Assembly: GCA_050633245.1 (NCBI GenBank)
Contig: JBOEGD010000018.1
Span: 160,001-224,000 of the forward strand
Direction: 5' to 3'
Source: Calditrichia bacterium
GTDB lineage: Bacteria; Calditrichota; Calditrichia; RBG-13-44-9; J075
DNA: 64,000 nucleotides
Below, in pieces: positions 18,940 through 29,697 of the stretch. The notes beneath the pieces were generated by a model. That model saw nothing but the letters and a program-made list of their open reading frames with translations, did no database searches and was not told the DNA's origin. Within the stretch, counting starts at the first letter, position 1; the number at the start of each line of letters is the position of its first letter. A program made the translations under genes and the position numbers.

Positions 18940-19440
18940 ATGGATGAAAATAATGTAGTTCAAGAGGGCAGTGAAGCCCCAAAAAAGAAGAAACCTATCT
19001 TGTTGTACGTCGCAATATTTGCGGCGCAAATAATTGCATCCCTTGCATTATTGTATTTCGTAGTTCTGCCGATGATGAATGGAGAGCCGGCAGAAGGTGA
19101 GACAGCCAGCGCTGAAGTAAAACCGACAGAAAAAAAACTTGAACACATATTCAGGCTGGATGGCTTAACCGTTAATCCCAAAAATTCCGGGGGAAAACGA
19201 TTTGCCGTTTTTGAAGTTGTTATGTCGGTTGATGCCCCTGAAACGGTTGAAACTCTAAAGAAACAAACACCAATTATTAAGGATCGATACATTCGTTACT
19301 TTCGATCGAAAACAATTGCCGAGCTCTCGGTTGAAACTGTTATGGAAAAAGGAAGAGATGAATTAAAGCAGCTAACGAATGAGCTTCTGGGCACAGAAAG
19401 CGTGAACGAAATTTACTTCACGCGCTTTGTCTTGCAATAA
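18940..19440 (+). CDS. fliL: basal body-associated protein FliL
   Basis: N-terminal TM helix, LTVNP, PIIKDRYI, IYFTRFVLQ end. Confidence 0.9.
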   Translation: MDENNVVQEGSEAPKKKKPILLYVAIFAAQIIASLALLYFVVLPMMNGEPAEGETASAEVKPTEKKLEHIFRLDGLTVNPKNSGGKRFAVFEVVMSVDAPETVETLKKQTPIIKDRYIRYFRSKTIAELSVETVMEKGRDELKQLTNELLGTESVNEIYFTRFVLQ

Positions 19441-19455
19441 TCAAAACAGGGAACA

Positions 19456-20427
19456 ATGAAGAAAATACTCTCTCAGGATGAAATAGATGCTTTAATGGAG
19501 AATGTTGCCGGAGGAACGGCAGACTTATCCAATGAAGTCGATGATGCCTCTCTATACGATTTTCACTTTCCAAACTTAATCTCCCGCAATCGCATGCGAG
19601 TGTTGGAGGAAGTGCATGAAAGCCTTTGTCGCAATGTAAGCGTACTGATTTCCAATCGGTTGACTACTATGGTGGAAATGGATTTGCTTTCTATCGAGCA
19701 AATACGTTTCTCTGGCTTTATGTCTTCCATCGCCACGCCAGGCTGCATATTTGAGTGCGAGATTGAAGCACAGGAAACGAGTTTATTACTGGACTTCTCG
19801 CCGCAGTTAGGAATTTATTTTGTAGAGCGAATGCTTGGCGGACGTGGAGATTTTCTGGAGAACGTTCGGGCTGTTTCTCCGGTTGAACAAACGGTAATGC
19901 GTCGTTTGATTAATCATATTTCTGAAGAAATTGCCAACTGTTGGTTAGATGTCGATACCTATAAATTCCAGGTCAAGCGTTTCGAAAGTAACCCGGAATT
20001 TGTACAAATCTTTCCTGTTGATGAACCGGTAGTAGTTGTTGCTATTGAAGTAAAAATTCAGGGTAGGTCAAGTTTATTCAATATCTGCTATCCTTTTACA
20101 TGGATCTCGCCGATAATCTCTACACCGGAAATACAACAAAAAATTCTACATGGAAAAAAGGACTTTTCCTCAGAAGAGGTGAAAACTGTTCGATCCAACC
20201 TGCTGAATATTCCAGTGCAGCTTAGGGCGGTATTGGGACATAATTCCATCTCGATAGGCGATTTTCTTGATCTAAAAACCAACGACTTTCTTAAGCTCTC
20301 GACGAAAATAGATGAACCGTTATCGGTGTTCGTAAATCAGCGACCGAGCTACGAAGCGGTTTTGGACTCCAGCGGTAAGAACTATTCGGTTCGCATTACC
20401 GGCGAAGTAGATAAGTTGTCTAAATAA
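19456..20427 (+). CDS. fliM: motor switch protein FliM
   Basis: LSQDEIDALM CheY-binding motif, YDF, LGG, ESNP. Confidence 0.95.
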   Translation: MKKILSQDEIDALMENVAGGTADLSNEVDDASLYDFHFPNLISRNRMRVLEEVHESLCRNVSVLISNRLTTMVEMDLLSIEQIRFSGFMSSIATPGCIFECEIEAQETSLLLDFSPQLGIYFVERMLGGRGDFLENVRAVSPVEQTVMRRLINHISEEIANCWLDVDTYKFQVKRFESNPEFVQIFPVDEPVVVVAIEVKIQGRSSLFNICYPFTWISPIISTPEIQQKILHGKKDFSSEEVKTVRSNLLNIPVQLRAVLGHNSISIGDFLDLKTNDFLKLSTKIDEPLSVFVNQRPSYEAVLDSSGKNYSVRITGEVDKLSK

Positions 20428-20501
20428 ACAAATTAGTATACAACACCAGGGTTTGAACAAATAGAATTGTTCAGCCACAATTCTAAAGCAGAGGATAAAA
20501 C

Positions 20502-20948
20502 GTGGCAACAGTAGAAGAGCCGGAAGCTATGGTTGATGAGCAAACAGAAAATAAGGGCACTGCGCCTTCAAATGGGCAAAACTCAAATGATGTTTCTGTT
20601 GCTCCACCTCCTGAGGTTTTAACTGAACAGGAAGATCCCCAAAGGGTATCTGAAGAAACGAGTTCGGAGGACTCTGAACATTTTGGTGAGCGCAATGTGT
20701 CGATGCTGATGGATGTAGAACTCAACGTTACTGTTGAGCTGGGTAGAAAGCAAATGTCCATAGCAGAGATCCTGAAGCTGGGCAAGGGAACGGTTATTGA
20801 ACTTGCAAAAGCGGCAGGTGAGCCGCTGGATATCTATATAAATGGTACTCGTATGGCGCGAGGGGAAGTCGTGGTAATTGATGAGCAATTTGCCGTCCGC
20901 ATTACGGAGTTGGCTTCTCCCAAAGAACGCATAAAGAGTCTTGGATGA
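20502..20948 (+). CDS. fliN: motor switch protein FliN
   Basis: DVELNVTVELG..GEPLDIYING..GEVVVIDEQFAVRITE. Confidence 0.95.
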   Translation: MATVEEPEAMVDEQTENKGTAPSNGQNSNDVSVAPPPEVLTEQEDPQRVSEETSSEDSEHFGERNVSMLMDVELNVTVELGRKQMSIAEILKLGKGTVIELAKAAGEPLDIYINGTRMARGEVVVIDEQFAVRITELASPKERIKSLG

Positions 20949-21457
20949 TGATAAAAGAATCTGCCCCAAATAGCATGAAATGGTTATTTACAATTGCACT
21001 GGTTCTCTTGATTGTGCCATTGTCTGAAACAGGAATTTGTCTACAGACAGATACTAGTGTCGAATTGACACCGGCAGACAGCGTCAGTGTTGCGCAGCTG
21101 GAAAGTGTGTCTTCTTCTGATCATGATTCTGCTATCTCGGCGTTTCTGTTTAAAGTAAGCTGGGTTACGTTGCTTTTACTCGGCTGCTTGGTCTTGGCTG
21201 CAAAACTCTATAAACGCTTTTTGTTCAGAGCCGGAAAAACGCAGTTAATGCAAATTCAGGGTAGGCAGTATCTGGGACCCCGACAAAGCCTGGTGGTAGT
21301 AGAACTGGAAGGACGCCGCTTCTTAATCGGCTGTACCGAGAAACATATCCAGCTTGTCTCAGAGCTCGACAGAGCCGAAGTACCATTCGAGTCAGAACAG
21401 AATTTTCCGGATGAAAGTACTGGCTTCTTACAAGATATTTCGAGGCTGCTGAAATGA
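20945..21457 (+). CDS. fliO: flagellar biosynthesis protein FliO
   Basis: TM helix followed by LGPRQSLVVVE..LIGCT..IQLVSEL. Confidence 0.85.
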   Translation: MMIKESAPNSMKWLFTIALVLLIVPLSETGICLQTDTSVELTPADSVSVAQLESVSSSDHDSAISAFLFKVSWVTLLLLGCLVLAAKLYKRFLFRAGKTQLMQIQGRQYLGPRQSLVVVELEGRRFLIGCTEKHIQLVSELDRAEVPFESEQNFPDESTGFLQDISRLLK

Positions 21458-22233
21458 CGGTAGGGCGACGCAAAAATAAATTTATGATGCTGCTTGTTCT
21501 GGTGTTTTGCCTGGTCATCTTACCGGCGGAGCTCATTGCACAAGGGAGTAACCCAACGCCTTTGCCGAAGGTCACGATAGGTATCGACCAAACGGATAAT
21601 CCCGAGGAGCTGGTTCCGGCGTTGCAAATACTCTTTTTGTTAACAGTGCTTAGCTTGGCGCCTTCAATTCTAGTCTTAATGACGTCTTTTACACGAATTG
21701 TAATCGTGTTTTATTTTTTGCGGCAGAGTTTGTCAACGCAAAGTGTGCCATCTAACCAGATTCTGATCGGTCTGGCACTTTTTTTAACTTTTTTTATTAT
21801 GCGTCCTGTAATCGATGAGGTTAACGAAAAAGCACTACAACCGTACTTGAATAATCAACATTCTCAACAGGTTGCATTCGAGAAAGCGTTAAAACCAATG
21901 CGAGCTTTTCTGCTAAAGCATGCTGAAGAAAAAGATATTCAGCTTTTTATCGATATGCAGGGGATCGCAGTGGTACAAGGTCCGGATGATATTCCGCTTA
22001 CCAGTCTTATTCCTGCATTTATTATAAGTGAATTAACCAGAGCGTTCAAGATAGGTTTTTTACTCTATTTACCAATGCTGCTGATCGATTTGGTTGTGGG
22101 AAGCATCTTGCTTTCGATGGGCATGATGATGTTGCCGCCGGTAATGATATCGATGCCGTTTAAAATTTTGTTATTCGTCCTTGTGGACGGCTGGTACTTA
22201 CTTATTGAATCACTCGTAAAAGGGTTCGGCTGA
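21454..22233 (+). CDS. fliP: export gate protein FliP
   Basis: TSFTRIVIV, LIPAFIISEL, MGMMMLPP, FVLVDGW. Confidence 0.97.
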   Translation: MTVGRRKNKFMMLLVLVFCLVILPAELIAQGSNPTPLPKVTIGIDQTDNPEELVPALQILFLLTVLSLAPSILVLMTSFTRIVIVFYFLRQSLSTQSVPSNQILIGLALFLTFFIMRPVIDEVNEKALQPYLNNQHSQQVAFEKALKPMRAFLLKHAEEKDIQLFIDMQGIAVVQGPDDIPLTSLIPAFIISELTRAFKIGFLLYLPMLLIDLVVGSILLSMGMMMLPPVMISMPFKILLFVLVDGWYLLIESLVKGFG

Positions 22234-22502
22234 TGACTTCAGATTACGTGCTCTATATAACGCGCGAAATGCTAATGACGGGAATCTATATTCTTCTACC
22301 GATTTTAGGCGTCACGCTGGTGGTAGGGGTTTTGATAGCCATTATGCAGTCGGTAACTCAAATTAATGAGATGACCCTGACATTTGTTCCTAAAGTTGGA
22401 GTCGTTGGATTACTGATTTTTCTTCTCTTGCCATGGTTCTTGGAGCTGCTCCGGGCGTTCATGCTGGAAATCTTCCAGCAAATTATTCTGATCGCTCAAT
22501 AA
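22233..22502 (+). CDS. fliQ: export gate protein FliQ
   Basis: QSVTQINEMTLTFVPK. Confidence 0.96.
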   Translation: MTSDYVLYITREMLMTGIYILLPILGVTLVVGVLIAIMQSVTQINEMTLTFVPKVGVVGLLIFLLLPWFLELLRAFMLEIFQQIILIAQ

Positions 22503-22508
22503 AGCACC

Positions 22509-23288
22509 ATGTTTCAGGCAATTGATATACTGCGGGAAATATTCCCGATCTATATGCTGGTCTTTACCAGAGTTTCAGGGATGCTATTAACACTGCCTGT
22601 TTTTGGCTACCAAACTGTGCCGGGCAAGGTGCGGTTAATGCTGTCTCTGGCAATTACATTGCTCATTGCCATGCCCTTGTCTAAAGAAATGACAATCGCT
22701 TATGATTCGCATTGGGAACTTTTTTCCATTATTGGTTCAGAACTTCTTATCGGCCTGATGATTGGGATTGGAGCCCGCTTTATTTTTGAGGCAGTAACGA
22801 TAGCCGGCTCTTTTATTAGCATGCAGGTTGGTATGGGAATGATGCAGGTGGTCGACCCGAACAGTAGTCAGCAACAGCCGATTGTCAGCCAACTACTGTT
22901 TATGGTGGTATTGGTTTACTTTTTAGCCCTGGATGGTCATCACATGCTGTTAGAGGCGCTTTTTAACAGTTTTAAACTGATCGTACCAGGTGCCGCAAGC
23001 TTTCAATCTGAACTTGGAGTGCATTTTATATCCGGGGGCTCATTGATGTATAATCTGGCCTTTAGGCTGGCGGCCCCGGCTCTGGTTTTCTTAATACTCA
23101 TAGACATTTCGCTGGCTTTTGTGACTCGAATGATGCCGCAAGCAAATATCTTCTTTATCAGCTTGCCACTAAAGCTTGGCGTAGGAATGGTTATTCTGAT
23201 CCTAACCTTAAACATAGTGCAATTGATGTTTGCCTACTTGATGCAGAATTTGGCATTGTTCCTAGATGAACTTCTTCAACTCTTATAA
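22509..23288 (+). CDS. fliR: export gate protein FliR
   Basis: ELLIG, AGSFISMQVG, LDGHH, RMMPQANIF..PLK. Confidence 0.95.
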   Translation: MFQAIDILREIFPIYMLVFTRVSGMLLTLPVFGYQTVPGKVRLMLSLAITLLIAMPLSKEMTIAYDSHWELFSIIGSELLIGLMIGIGARFIFEAVTIAGSFISMQVGMGMMQVVDPNSSQQQPIVSQLLFMVVLVYFLALDGHHMLLEALFNSFKLIVPGAASFQSELGVHFISGGSLMYNLAFRLAAPALVFLILIDISLAFVTRMMPQANIFFISLPLKLGVGMVILILTLNIVQLMFAYLMQNLALFLDELLQLL

Positions 23289-23305
23289 GACAGGAATGTT
23301 GATAA

Positions 23306-24388
23306 GTGTCTTCAAAAGACAGCAAAACAGAAAAGGCCACGCCCAAACGGCGTCAGGAAGCCGTTGAAAAAGGAGATGTTGCTCGCAGTATGGAAATAAA
23401 TACTGCTGCAGTTATGCTGAGTGTACTCATGGCTTTTTGGTTTGGCGGTGCAGGACTCTGGCACACGCTGAAACTGTATCTGCAAAGTGTTTTTGTCCTG
23501 TCGTCTTCAACAGATCTGACGATTGAAACGCTGCCGACTCTGTTAACAGATGCCGGATTAGTTGCCATGAAGCTGTTGGCACCTATTTTATTAACAATTA
23601 GCACCTTTAGCATTTTATCTAATATCTCGCAAACGGGACTGATTTTTTCTCAAAAGTCCTTAAAGCCGCAATTTGATAAGCTAAATCCGATGAATGGATT
23701 TAAGCGGTTATTCTCCAGTCGCTCGCTGATTGAGACATTAAAGGGGTTTCTGAAGATCGGTATTGTTGGCACTGTAGGCTATTTTGTTCTCATAAAATAC
23801 ATAGAAGAGTATCCGCTGCTTGCTCACCGGTCTATTCCTGAGATTGTCAGTTTCTTGTTTAGCGTAATATTTGAACTCAGTATCAAGGCTGTCTTGGCGA
23901 TATCAATTCTTGCAGTTATGGACCTGGCATACCAGCGGTGGGAGTATGCTCGAAAGCTGAAAATGTCAAAACAGGAAATAAAAGATGAGCATAAGCAAGC
24001 CGAAGGTGACCCGAAAGTTAAAGGTCAGCTTCAGGCGCAGCAGCGTGAACTTATCCGACACCGGATGATGTCCGCAGTACCGGAAGCGACAGTTGTAGTG
24101 ACGAACCCGACGCACATTGCTGTGGCATTAAAATATGATCCATCCTCGAAAAGCGATGCGCCACTTCTTGTCGCGAAGGGGCAAAACAAGATTGCAGAGC
24201 GGATCAAAGAAATAGCCGGTGAAAATAATATCCCGGTAATCGAGAATAAGCCGCTTGCAAGAAGCCTTTTTAAACTTGGTGAAATAAATATGGAAATACC
24301 GATTGAACATTATCAGGCAGTAGCGGAAATCCTGACGCTTATTTGGCAAGATCGCGATTTACCGTCAAACAGGAAGGATCAGAACTAA
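23306..24388 (+). CDS. flhB: export switch protein FlhB
   Basis: KTEKATPKR, EGDP, NPTH autocleavage motif. Confidence 0.97.
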   Translation: MSSKDSKTEKATPKRRQEAVEKGDVARSMEINTAAVMLSVLMAFWFGGAGLWHTLKLYLQSVFVLSSSTDLTIETLPTLLTDAGLVAMKLLAPILLTISTFSILSNISQTGLIFSQKSLKPQFDKLNPMNGFKRLFSSRSLIETLKGFLKIGIVGTVGYFVLIKYIEEYPLLAHRSIPEIVSFLFSVIFELSIKAVLAISILAVMDLAYQRWEYARKLKMSKQEIKDEHKQAEGDPKVKGQLQAQQRELIRHRMMSAVPEATVVVTNPTHIAVALKYDPSSKSDAPLLVAKGQNKIAERIKEIAGENNIPVIENKPLARSLFKLGEINMEIPIEHYQAVAEILTLIWQDRDLPSNRKDQN

Positions 24389-26479
24389 ATGTCTGATACT
24401 GGAAGCGCATGGAACATTCGCGGTATGGACAGCAACTCGATGCTGGCAATGGGGGTGATCCTCATTTTGGCGGTGATGATATTGCCGCTACCTGCTTTTT
24501 TGCTGGATATGTTATTGGTAATGAACATTACCAGTGCTCTGGTTATTATGTTTGTTGCACTTTATGTTATGCGTCCTGTCGATTTTTCCGTATTTCCCGG
24601 AATCCTGTTAATTCTGACTCTCTTTCGCTTATCACTAAATATTGCTTCAACACGTCTTATTCTGGGAGATGGATATTCCGGAGAAATAATTGAGGCTTTC
24701 GGTAATGTTGTTGTCGGTGGGAATTTTGTGGTTGGTGGCGTCATCTTCCTGATTCTGGTACTCATTAACTTTATTGTGATTACGAAAGGTGCGACGCGTA
24801 TTGCCGAGGTTTCAGCACGGTTTACTCTGGACGCCATGCCGGGAAAACAGATGTCTATTGATGCCGACCTAAATGCCGGTCTGATTGATGATCAGGAAGC
24901 AAAACTGCGCCGAGAAATTATTTCACAGGAAGCAGACTTTTATGGAGCTATGGATGGGGCAAGTAAATTTGTACGTGGAGATGCGGTTGCAGGTCTGTTG
25001 ATTACCGTGGTAAACCTGGTTGGTGGTTTGCTTATTGGGGTACTTCAGATGGGGCTGCCATTACTGGAAGCGGCAACTCAATACACGCTTCTGACGATTG
25101 GAGACGGTTTGATTGCTCAGATTCCGGCACTAATAATCTCAACCGCTGCCGGAATTGTTATTAGCCGGGCCTCTTCGGCTTCGAATCTGGGAACTGATAT
25201 TCAAAAGCAGATAACGCGCGAACCAAAGGCCATTTTGGTAACAGCACTTATTCTGATGTTTTTAGCAGTAATGCCCGGAATGCCGTTTTTACCATTTTTC
25301 ACAATGGCATTAATCATGGGGTTACTCGGCTCTCAGGTCGTGAAGGCGCATAAGCAAGAGCTGGAATTGGCTGAAGCGCCTGTGATCGAAGAAATACCGG
25401 AAGAAAAGGTAGAAGAACGGATTGAAGAGTTCCTTCATCCCGATGCATTTGAAATAGAAATAGGCTATGGATTAATTCCGATGGTGGATACCGAGCGTGG
25501 TGGCAATCTGCTAAATCGCATTACGATGATCCGGAAATCGTTTGCCATCGAAATGGGTGTCATCGTACCGCCAATTCGTATTCGGGATAATATCCAAATG
25601 AGTGCAAATGCCTATTGTTTCAAGGTCTATGGTGTAGAAGTCGCCTCCGGAGACGTGATGGCTGAGCATTATATGATTGTGAACCCCGACCCGTCTCAAG
25701 GACTCCGCGGTATAGAAATGACTGAACCTACTTTTGGCTTACCTGCACTTTGGGTAAATAAACAGGAAAAAGAACAAGCCGAAATGTTTGGGAATACTGT
25801 TGTGGAAGCGGAGGCTGTAATTGCCACTCACCTGATGGAAACGCTAAAGAAAAATTGCTATAAACTGTTGGACAGACAAGAAGTTCAGCGGATGCTGGAG
25901 CACTTGAAAGAAACACACTCGGCACTCATTGAGGAACTGGTACCAAATCTGGTTACGCTTGGGATTATTCAAAAAGTATTAAAAAACCTGCTCAAAGAAA
26001 GTATTCCGATTCGAAATTTGGTAATGATCCTCGAGACTATTGCCGATTATTCTGTCCATTCAAAGGATGCTGAAGTTTTAACAGAATACGTGAGAAGTTC
26101 TCTTGCGGAAACAATTACGGATTTAGTTAAAAATGACAATGATGTTGTTGTGGTTGCCACTCTGGAGCCACAGTTAGAGAGTCATTTTATTCAAAACGTC
26201 AAGGCAGGAAAAACCGTTGCCCAAAACCTTGGCTTTATGCCTGATCAGGTGAATAACCTATTTAAAAAATTGGGTGATATGATTGAAAAAGCTGTAGGTA
26301 TGGGGGAGAATCCGGTGTTGCTGGTTTCACCTTTATTCCGACGGCACATGAAAAGTTTTGTTGAACCTGTTTTTCCAAATCTAACGGTGTTGTCCTTCTC
26401 TGAACTTAGAATGGATACTGAGATTAAATCAATAGATATGGTGGGCTACCCGCATGCAAACGAAAACGTACTGGGGTGA
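24389..26479 (+). CDS. flhA: export protein FlhA
   Basis: RIAEVSARFTLDAMPGKQMSIDADL, FYGAMDGASKFVRGDA. Confidence 0.97.
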   Translation: MSDTGSAWNIRGMDSNSMLAMGVILILAVMILPLPAFLLDMLLVMNITSALVIMFVALYVMRPVDFSVFPGILLILTLFRLSLNIASTRLILGDGYSGEIIEAFGNVVVGGNFVVGGVIFLILVLINFIVITKGATRIAEVSARFTLDAMPGKQMSIDADLNAGLIDDQEAKLRREIISQEADFYGAMDGASKFVRGDAVAGLLITVVNLVGGLLIGVLQMGLPLLEAATQYTLLTIGDGLIAQIPALIISTAAGIVISRASSASNLGTDIQKQITREPKAILVTALILMFLAVMPGMPFLPFFTMALIMGLLGSQVVKAHKQELELAEAPVIEEIPEEKVEERIEEFLHPDAFEIEIGYGLIPMVDTERGGNLLNRITMIRKSFAIEMGVIVPPIRIRDNIQMSANAYCFKVYGVEVASGDVMAEHYMIVNPDPSQGLRGIEMTEPTFGLPALWVNKQEKEQAEMFGNTVVEAEAVIATHLMETLKKNCYKLLDRQEVQRMLEHLKETHSALIEELVPNLVTLGIIQKVLKNLLKESIPIRNLVMILETIADYSVHSKDAEVLTEYVRSSLAETITDLVKNDNDVVVVATLEPQLESHFIQNVKAGKTVAQNLGFMPDQVNNLFKKLGDMIEKAVGMGENPVLLVSPLFRRHMKSFVEPVFPNLTVLSFSELRMDTEIKSIDMVGYPHANENVLG

Positions 26480-27800
26480 TACCCTTTCTCAGGCAATTGA
26501 AAAAGCCCGGGAAGAATGGGGAAAAGGTATTATTCTCCTCGAATCGCAAAAGATGGCCAATAGTGAACAGAATGCATCTTCCACTTATAAGATTACGGTT
26601 GGTGTAGATGAACTTACACAACGGATGAGAGCCTGGCGTCCGCCTACTATTGCCAGTAAGAGTCAACAGCGAATTATTAAGCAAGATGGTAGTGGTGGGT
26701 TTAAACAGGTTTTTAAAGAACCCACACCGGATGTTAAAACTAACGCATTTGAAAAGCGCCTGGTCGATGAGATTGCTGCTCTGCGCGCTGAAATGTTGGA
26801 GATGCGTGAGAGGACAGGGAAGTTGGTTGCCACAAACCAGCATCTGTCAACGATGCACCAGGAAAAGGATTCTGATGTGCTCAGTAATGCCATTGAGAAA
26901 GTTGTAAGTAGTGTATCCGACTGGAAAGATCGAGAAACAGCAGTAATGGATGAACTGAATGCTCTGCGTCACCAAATTAAACAGCTTAAGCAACAGAACA
27001 CATCCGATGTCTCAGCTATTACTGAACCATTTGCTTTCACATTGGAGAGGATTTGTGATTCCGGTGTTGATAGTGACTTAGCTGAGAGGGTTGTCCGATT
27101 GGCAATGCTGAAGATAGAAAACCACGCGACGGTAAAAAATGCTGAAATTCAAGAAGTCGTTATGTCGAACCTTGCGAAGCTCGTTCGTACCTATACCTTT
27201 CCGCCAGGTCTTTCAAATAAGCAACAAACTATTTTTCTGGTAGGGCCGACTGGGAGTGGAAAATCTTCTATGGCTTTCAAAGCGGCAATTCACTGGAAAA
27301 ATGAAGCAAATCGTGATGCCTGCGTAATTTCAGTTGGCAGATCTAAGTTACCCGAGGAGCTGAGCGTACTCGCAGAGCAATCTGGTGTTGAAATACAGCA
27401 GGTGCGAACGATTGCCGAATTTGATCTTGCCAGAGAAAAATTTCAAAACAAATCTCTTGTGTTTATTGATATGCCGGGAAGAAGTCCGTTTGCCTTTGGA
27501 AGTTTAAATGAGATGGAAATTTATATTAAGCGAGTACCCTCTTCCGAAGTTTTTTTGGTACTGAGTGCAACGTCCGATATGCGTGATTCCTTATTGGCCT
27601 GTGGACTCTACCTGCTTGTAGATCCGACAGGGCTTATTCTTACCAAGTTTGATGAAACAACCCGACCAGGTAAAATATTCTCAATTTTAAATGAAATCAA
27701 TTTGCCTCTGGTCAGCTTTTCTGATAGCGATAAAATGAATGTCGATATCATTCCGGCTAATGTAGACTACTTGTTCGACAGACTTTTTAACTCACATTGA
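26454..27800 (+). CDS. flhF: SRP-family GTPase FlhF, with divergent motifs
   Basis: GPTGSGKS, DMPGRS, TKFDE; between flhA and flhG. Confidence 0.88.
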   Translation: MQTKTYWGDTLSQAIEKAREEWGKGIILLESQKMANSEQNASSTYKITVGVDELTQRMRAWRPPTIASKSQQRIIKQDGSGGFKQVFKEPTPDVKTNAFEKRLVDEIAALRAEMLEMRERTGKLVATNQHLSTMHQEKDSDVLSNAIEKVVSSVSDWKDRETAVMDELNALRHQIKQLKQQNTSDVSAITEPFAFTLERICDSGVDSDLAERVVRLAMLKIENHATVKNAEIQEVVMSNLAKLVRTYTFPPGLSNKQQTIFLVGPTGSGKSSMAFKAAIHWKNEANRDACVISVGRSKLPEELSVLAEQSGVEIQQVRTIAEFDLAREKFQNKSLVFIDMPGRSPFAFGSLNEMEIYIKRVPSSEVFLVLSATSDMRDSLLACGLYLLVDPTGLILTKFDETTRPGKIFSILNEINLPLVSFSDSDKMNVDIIPANVDYLFDRLFNSH

Positions 27801-27801
27801 G

Positions 27802-28674
27802 GTGAAGCAAATGCTAAACAGTCTTTTAGCAAATAAACGCACGGATGCGCATAAGTTGAATGCTCCCAAAATCGTCGCTATAACTAGTGGCAAGGGAGGT
27901 GTAGGGAAAACGGTGTTTAGCGTTAATCTGGCTCTCGCCTTACAGCAGCTCGGTAAACGCGTGCTATTAATTGATGCGGACGTGTATCTTGGTAGTGTGG
28001 GTATGATGCTGGGTGTTAGTCCGAGGCTTACCCTTGCCGACGTGCTATCAAGTAAAATAAATGTACAAGATGCTATTTTTACTATTTCCGATGGATTGGA
28101 TTTTATTCCTGCCTGTGGGGGAGCAAATGAACTGTTCGATTTTAACGACAGTATTTTCAGACGTTTCTCAACGGCATTTAAAAATATTGAGGGTAATTAT
28201 GATTACGTATTGCTCGACACCGGAGCAGGTATTGTTTCAGAAGTGACGTCATTTGTTTTGGCCGCCGATGCCGCAGTGGTACTGGTAACGCCTGATCCGG
28301 CTGCTATATCTGATTCATATGCCATGTTAAAGGTAAGCAAGCGATATTGCCCGGGGCAAACATTGTTTTTGGCCTGTAACATGGTCGATTCGTTAGATCA
28401 GGGTGAGGTTTTATTTAACAAAATGAACCTGTTAGTTCGAAAGTTTCTGAATGGATCGGTTACAATGGCCGGTATTATCCCCAAAGATAAGCAGCTTCAA
28501 GCTTCTGTTCGCGCTCAAAACCCACTGGTTTCAAAAAATCCTCAAGCTGATTTGTCTCGCCGTTTTCGATTAATGGCCAGCAGAATTGACGCACACCTCT
28601 CTCGGGTGAAGTTTAACGAAGAGCCATTTTTCGAACGAATTAGTCATAGTCGCTCTCTGAGTCTGGAGTTTTAA
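27802..28674 (+). CDS. flhG: MinD-like ATPase FlhG/FleN
   Basis: SGKGGVGKT, IDAD, DTGAG, TPDPAAISDSYAMLK. Confidence 0.92.
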   Translation: MKQMLNSLLANKRTDAHKLNAPKIVAITSGKGGVGKTVFSVNLALALQQLGKRVLLIDADVYLGSVGMMLGVSPRLTLADVLSSKINVQDAIFTISDGLDFIPACGGANELFDFNDSIFRRFSTAFKNIEGNYDYVLLDTGAGIVSEVTSFVLAADAAVVLVTPDPAAISDSYAMLKVSKRYCPGQTLFLACNMVDSLDQGEVLFNKMNLLVRKFLNGSVTMAGIIPKDKQLQASVRAQNPLVSKNPQADLSRRFRLMASRIDAHLSRVKFNEEPFFERISHSRSLSLEF

Positions 28675-28676
28675 GG

Positions 28677-28946
28677 ATGAAAAAAATGGTATACCTGACG
28701 TCGGCACTATTGGCTTCTCTTACTTTGATGTTTTCTGTGATTAACGGGAAACGTTTTGTAATTGCGTTTGAGCGAAGTGCAATTGTTTTCCTGAGTACTC
28801 TCGCCCTGGTTGTTTTGTTTGCTCATTTGTTAAGTTGGGGGCTAAAAATGACGTCACTAAAAGCTAAGGATAATAAAAGTCAAATGTTGGCAAAAGATAG
28901 CGCATTAGAAAATGAACGCACTGGCAGTGAAAATACAGCAACATGA
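28677..28946 (+). CDS. hypothetical 2-TM membrane protein
   Basis: Two hydrophobic helices; overlaps the fliA start by 35 nt. Confidence 0.65.
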   Translation: MKKMVYLTSALLASLTLMFSVINGKRFVIAFERSAIVFLSTLALVVLFAHLLSWGLKMTSLKAKDNKSQMLAKDSALENERTGSENTAT

Positions 28947-29697
28947 AGAAGATAAGGTCGCGGAATATCTTCAAACCGGAGACCCTGCGATCAAAGATCA
29001 AATTATCGAGGATTATTCCCGATACGTTTATCATATCGCGCATCGACTGATCATACCCTCTCATGCTGTCGTAGATCGTCAGGATTTATATCAATGTGGT
29101 ATCATTGGATTACTGTATGCCCTTGAAAAATTTGATCCTTCACGCGGAGTAAAATTTAAAACATTTGCTTATCCTCGTATTCGTGGAGAAATGTTGGATG
29201 TTTTACAAAGAGAAGGATGTCTTACTCGCCTAATGCGTGAGAAGCTGAACAAAATAGAAAAGGCGGTATCCAAACTTTATCACTCTTTATTACGCGAGCC
29301 TTCAGTAGATGAAATTTGCGCTGCAGTCGGTATGGACGGTGAAGAGTATTATCGAGTTACAGATGCTGCCGGTCTTATCTATTCGGCCAGAAAATCTTCT
29401 GTCGAAGATAATCTCGCACATATCATGGAGGATGAGAATTCTCGCCCCGACAATATTTTGCTTAATAAATCTTTAAAAAAGCTCGTTAAAACTGCGATTA
29501 AACAGCTACCGGAGCGCGAAAGCCTTATTCTCAGCCTTTATTTCATGGAGGATCTAACGTTGCGACAAATCGGTGAAGTTCTCAATTTAACTGAGGCACG
29601 AGTTTCTCAACTGTTAAATCAAACTATTTTTCGCATACGTACCACAATTGAAGGAATTGAACAATTTACAAACAGTGGTGTGATGGATGATCATTGA
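28912..29697 (+). CDS. fliA: RNA polymerase sigma28 (FliA/WhiG family)
   Basis: DLYQCGIIGL..FDPSRGVKFKTFA..RIRG; region 4 LTLRQIGEVLNLTEARVSQL; follows flhG. Confidence 0.9.
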   Translation: MNALAVKIQQHEEDKVAEYLQTGDPAIKDQIIEDYSRYVYHIAHRLIIPSHAVVDRQDLYQCGIIGLLYALEKFDPSRGVKFKTFAYPRIRGEMLDVLQREGCLTRLMREKLNKIEKAVSKLYHSLLREPSVDEICAAVGMDGEEYYRVTDAAGLIYSARKSSVEDNLAHIMEDENSRPDNILLNKSLKKLVKTAIKQLPERESLILSLYFMEDLTLRQIGEVLNLTEARVSQLLNQTIFRIRTTIEGIEQFTNSGVMDDH

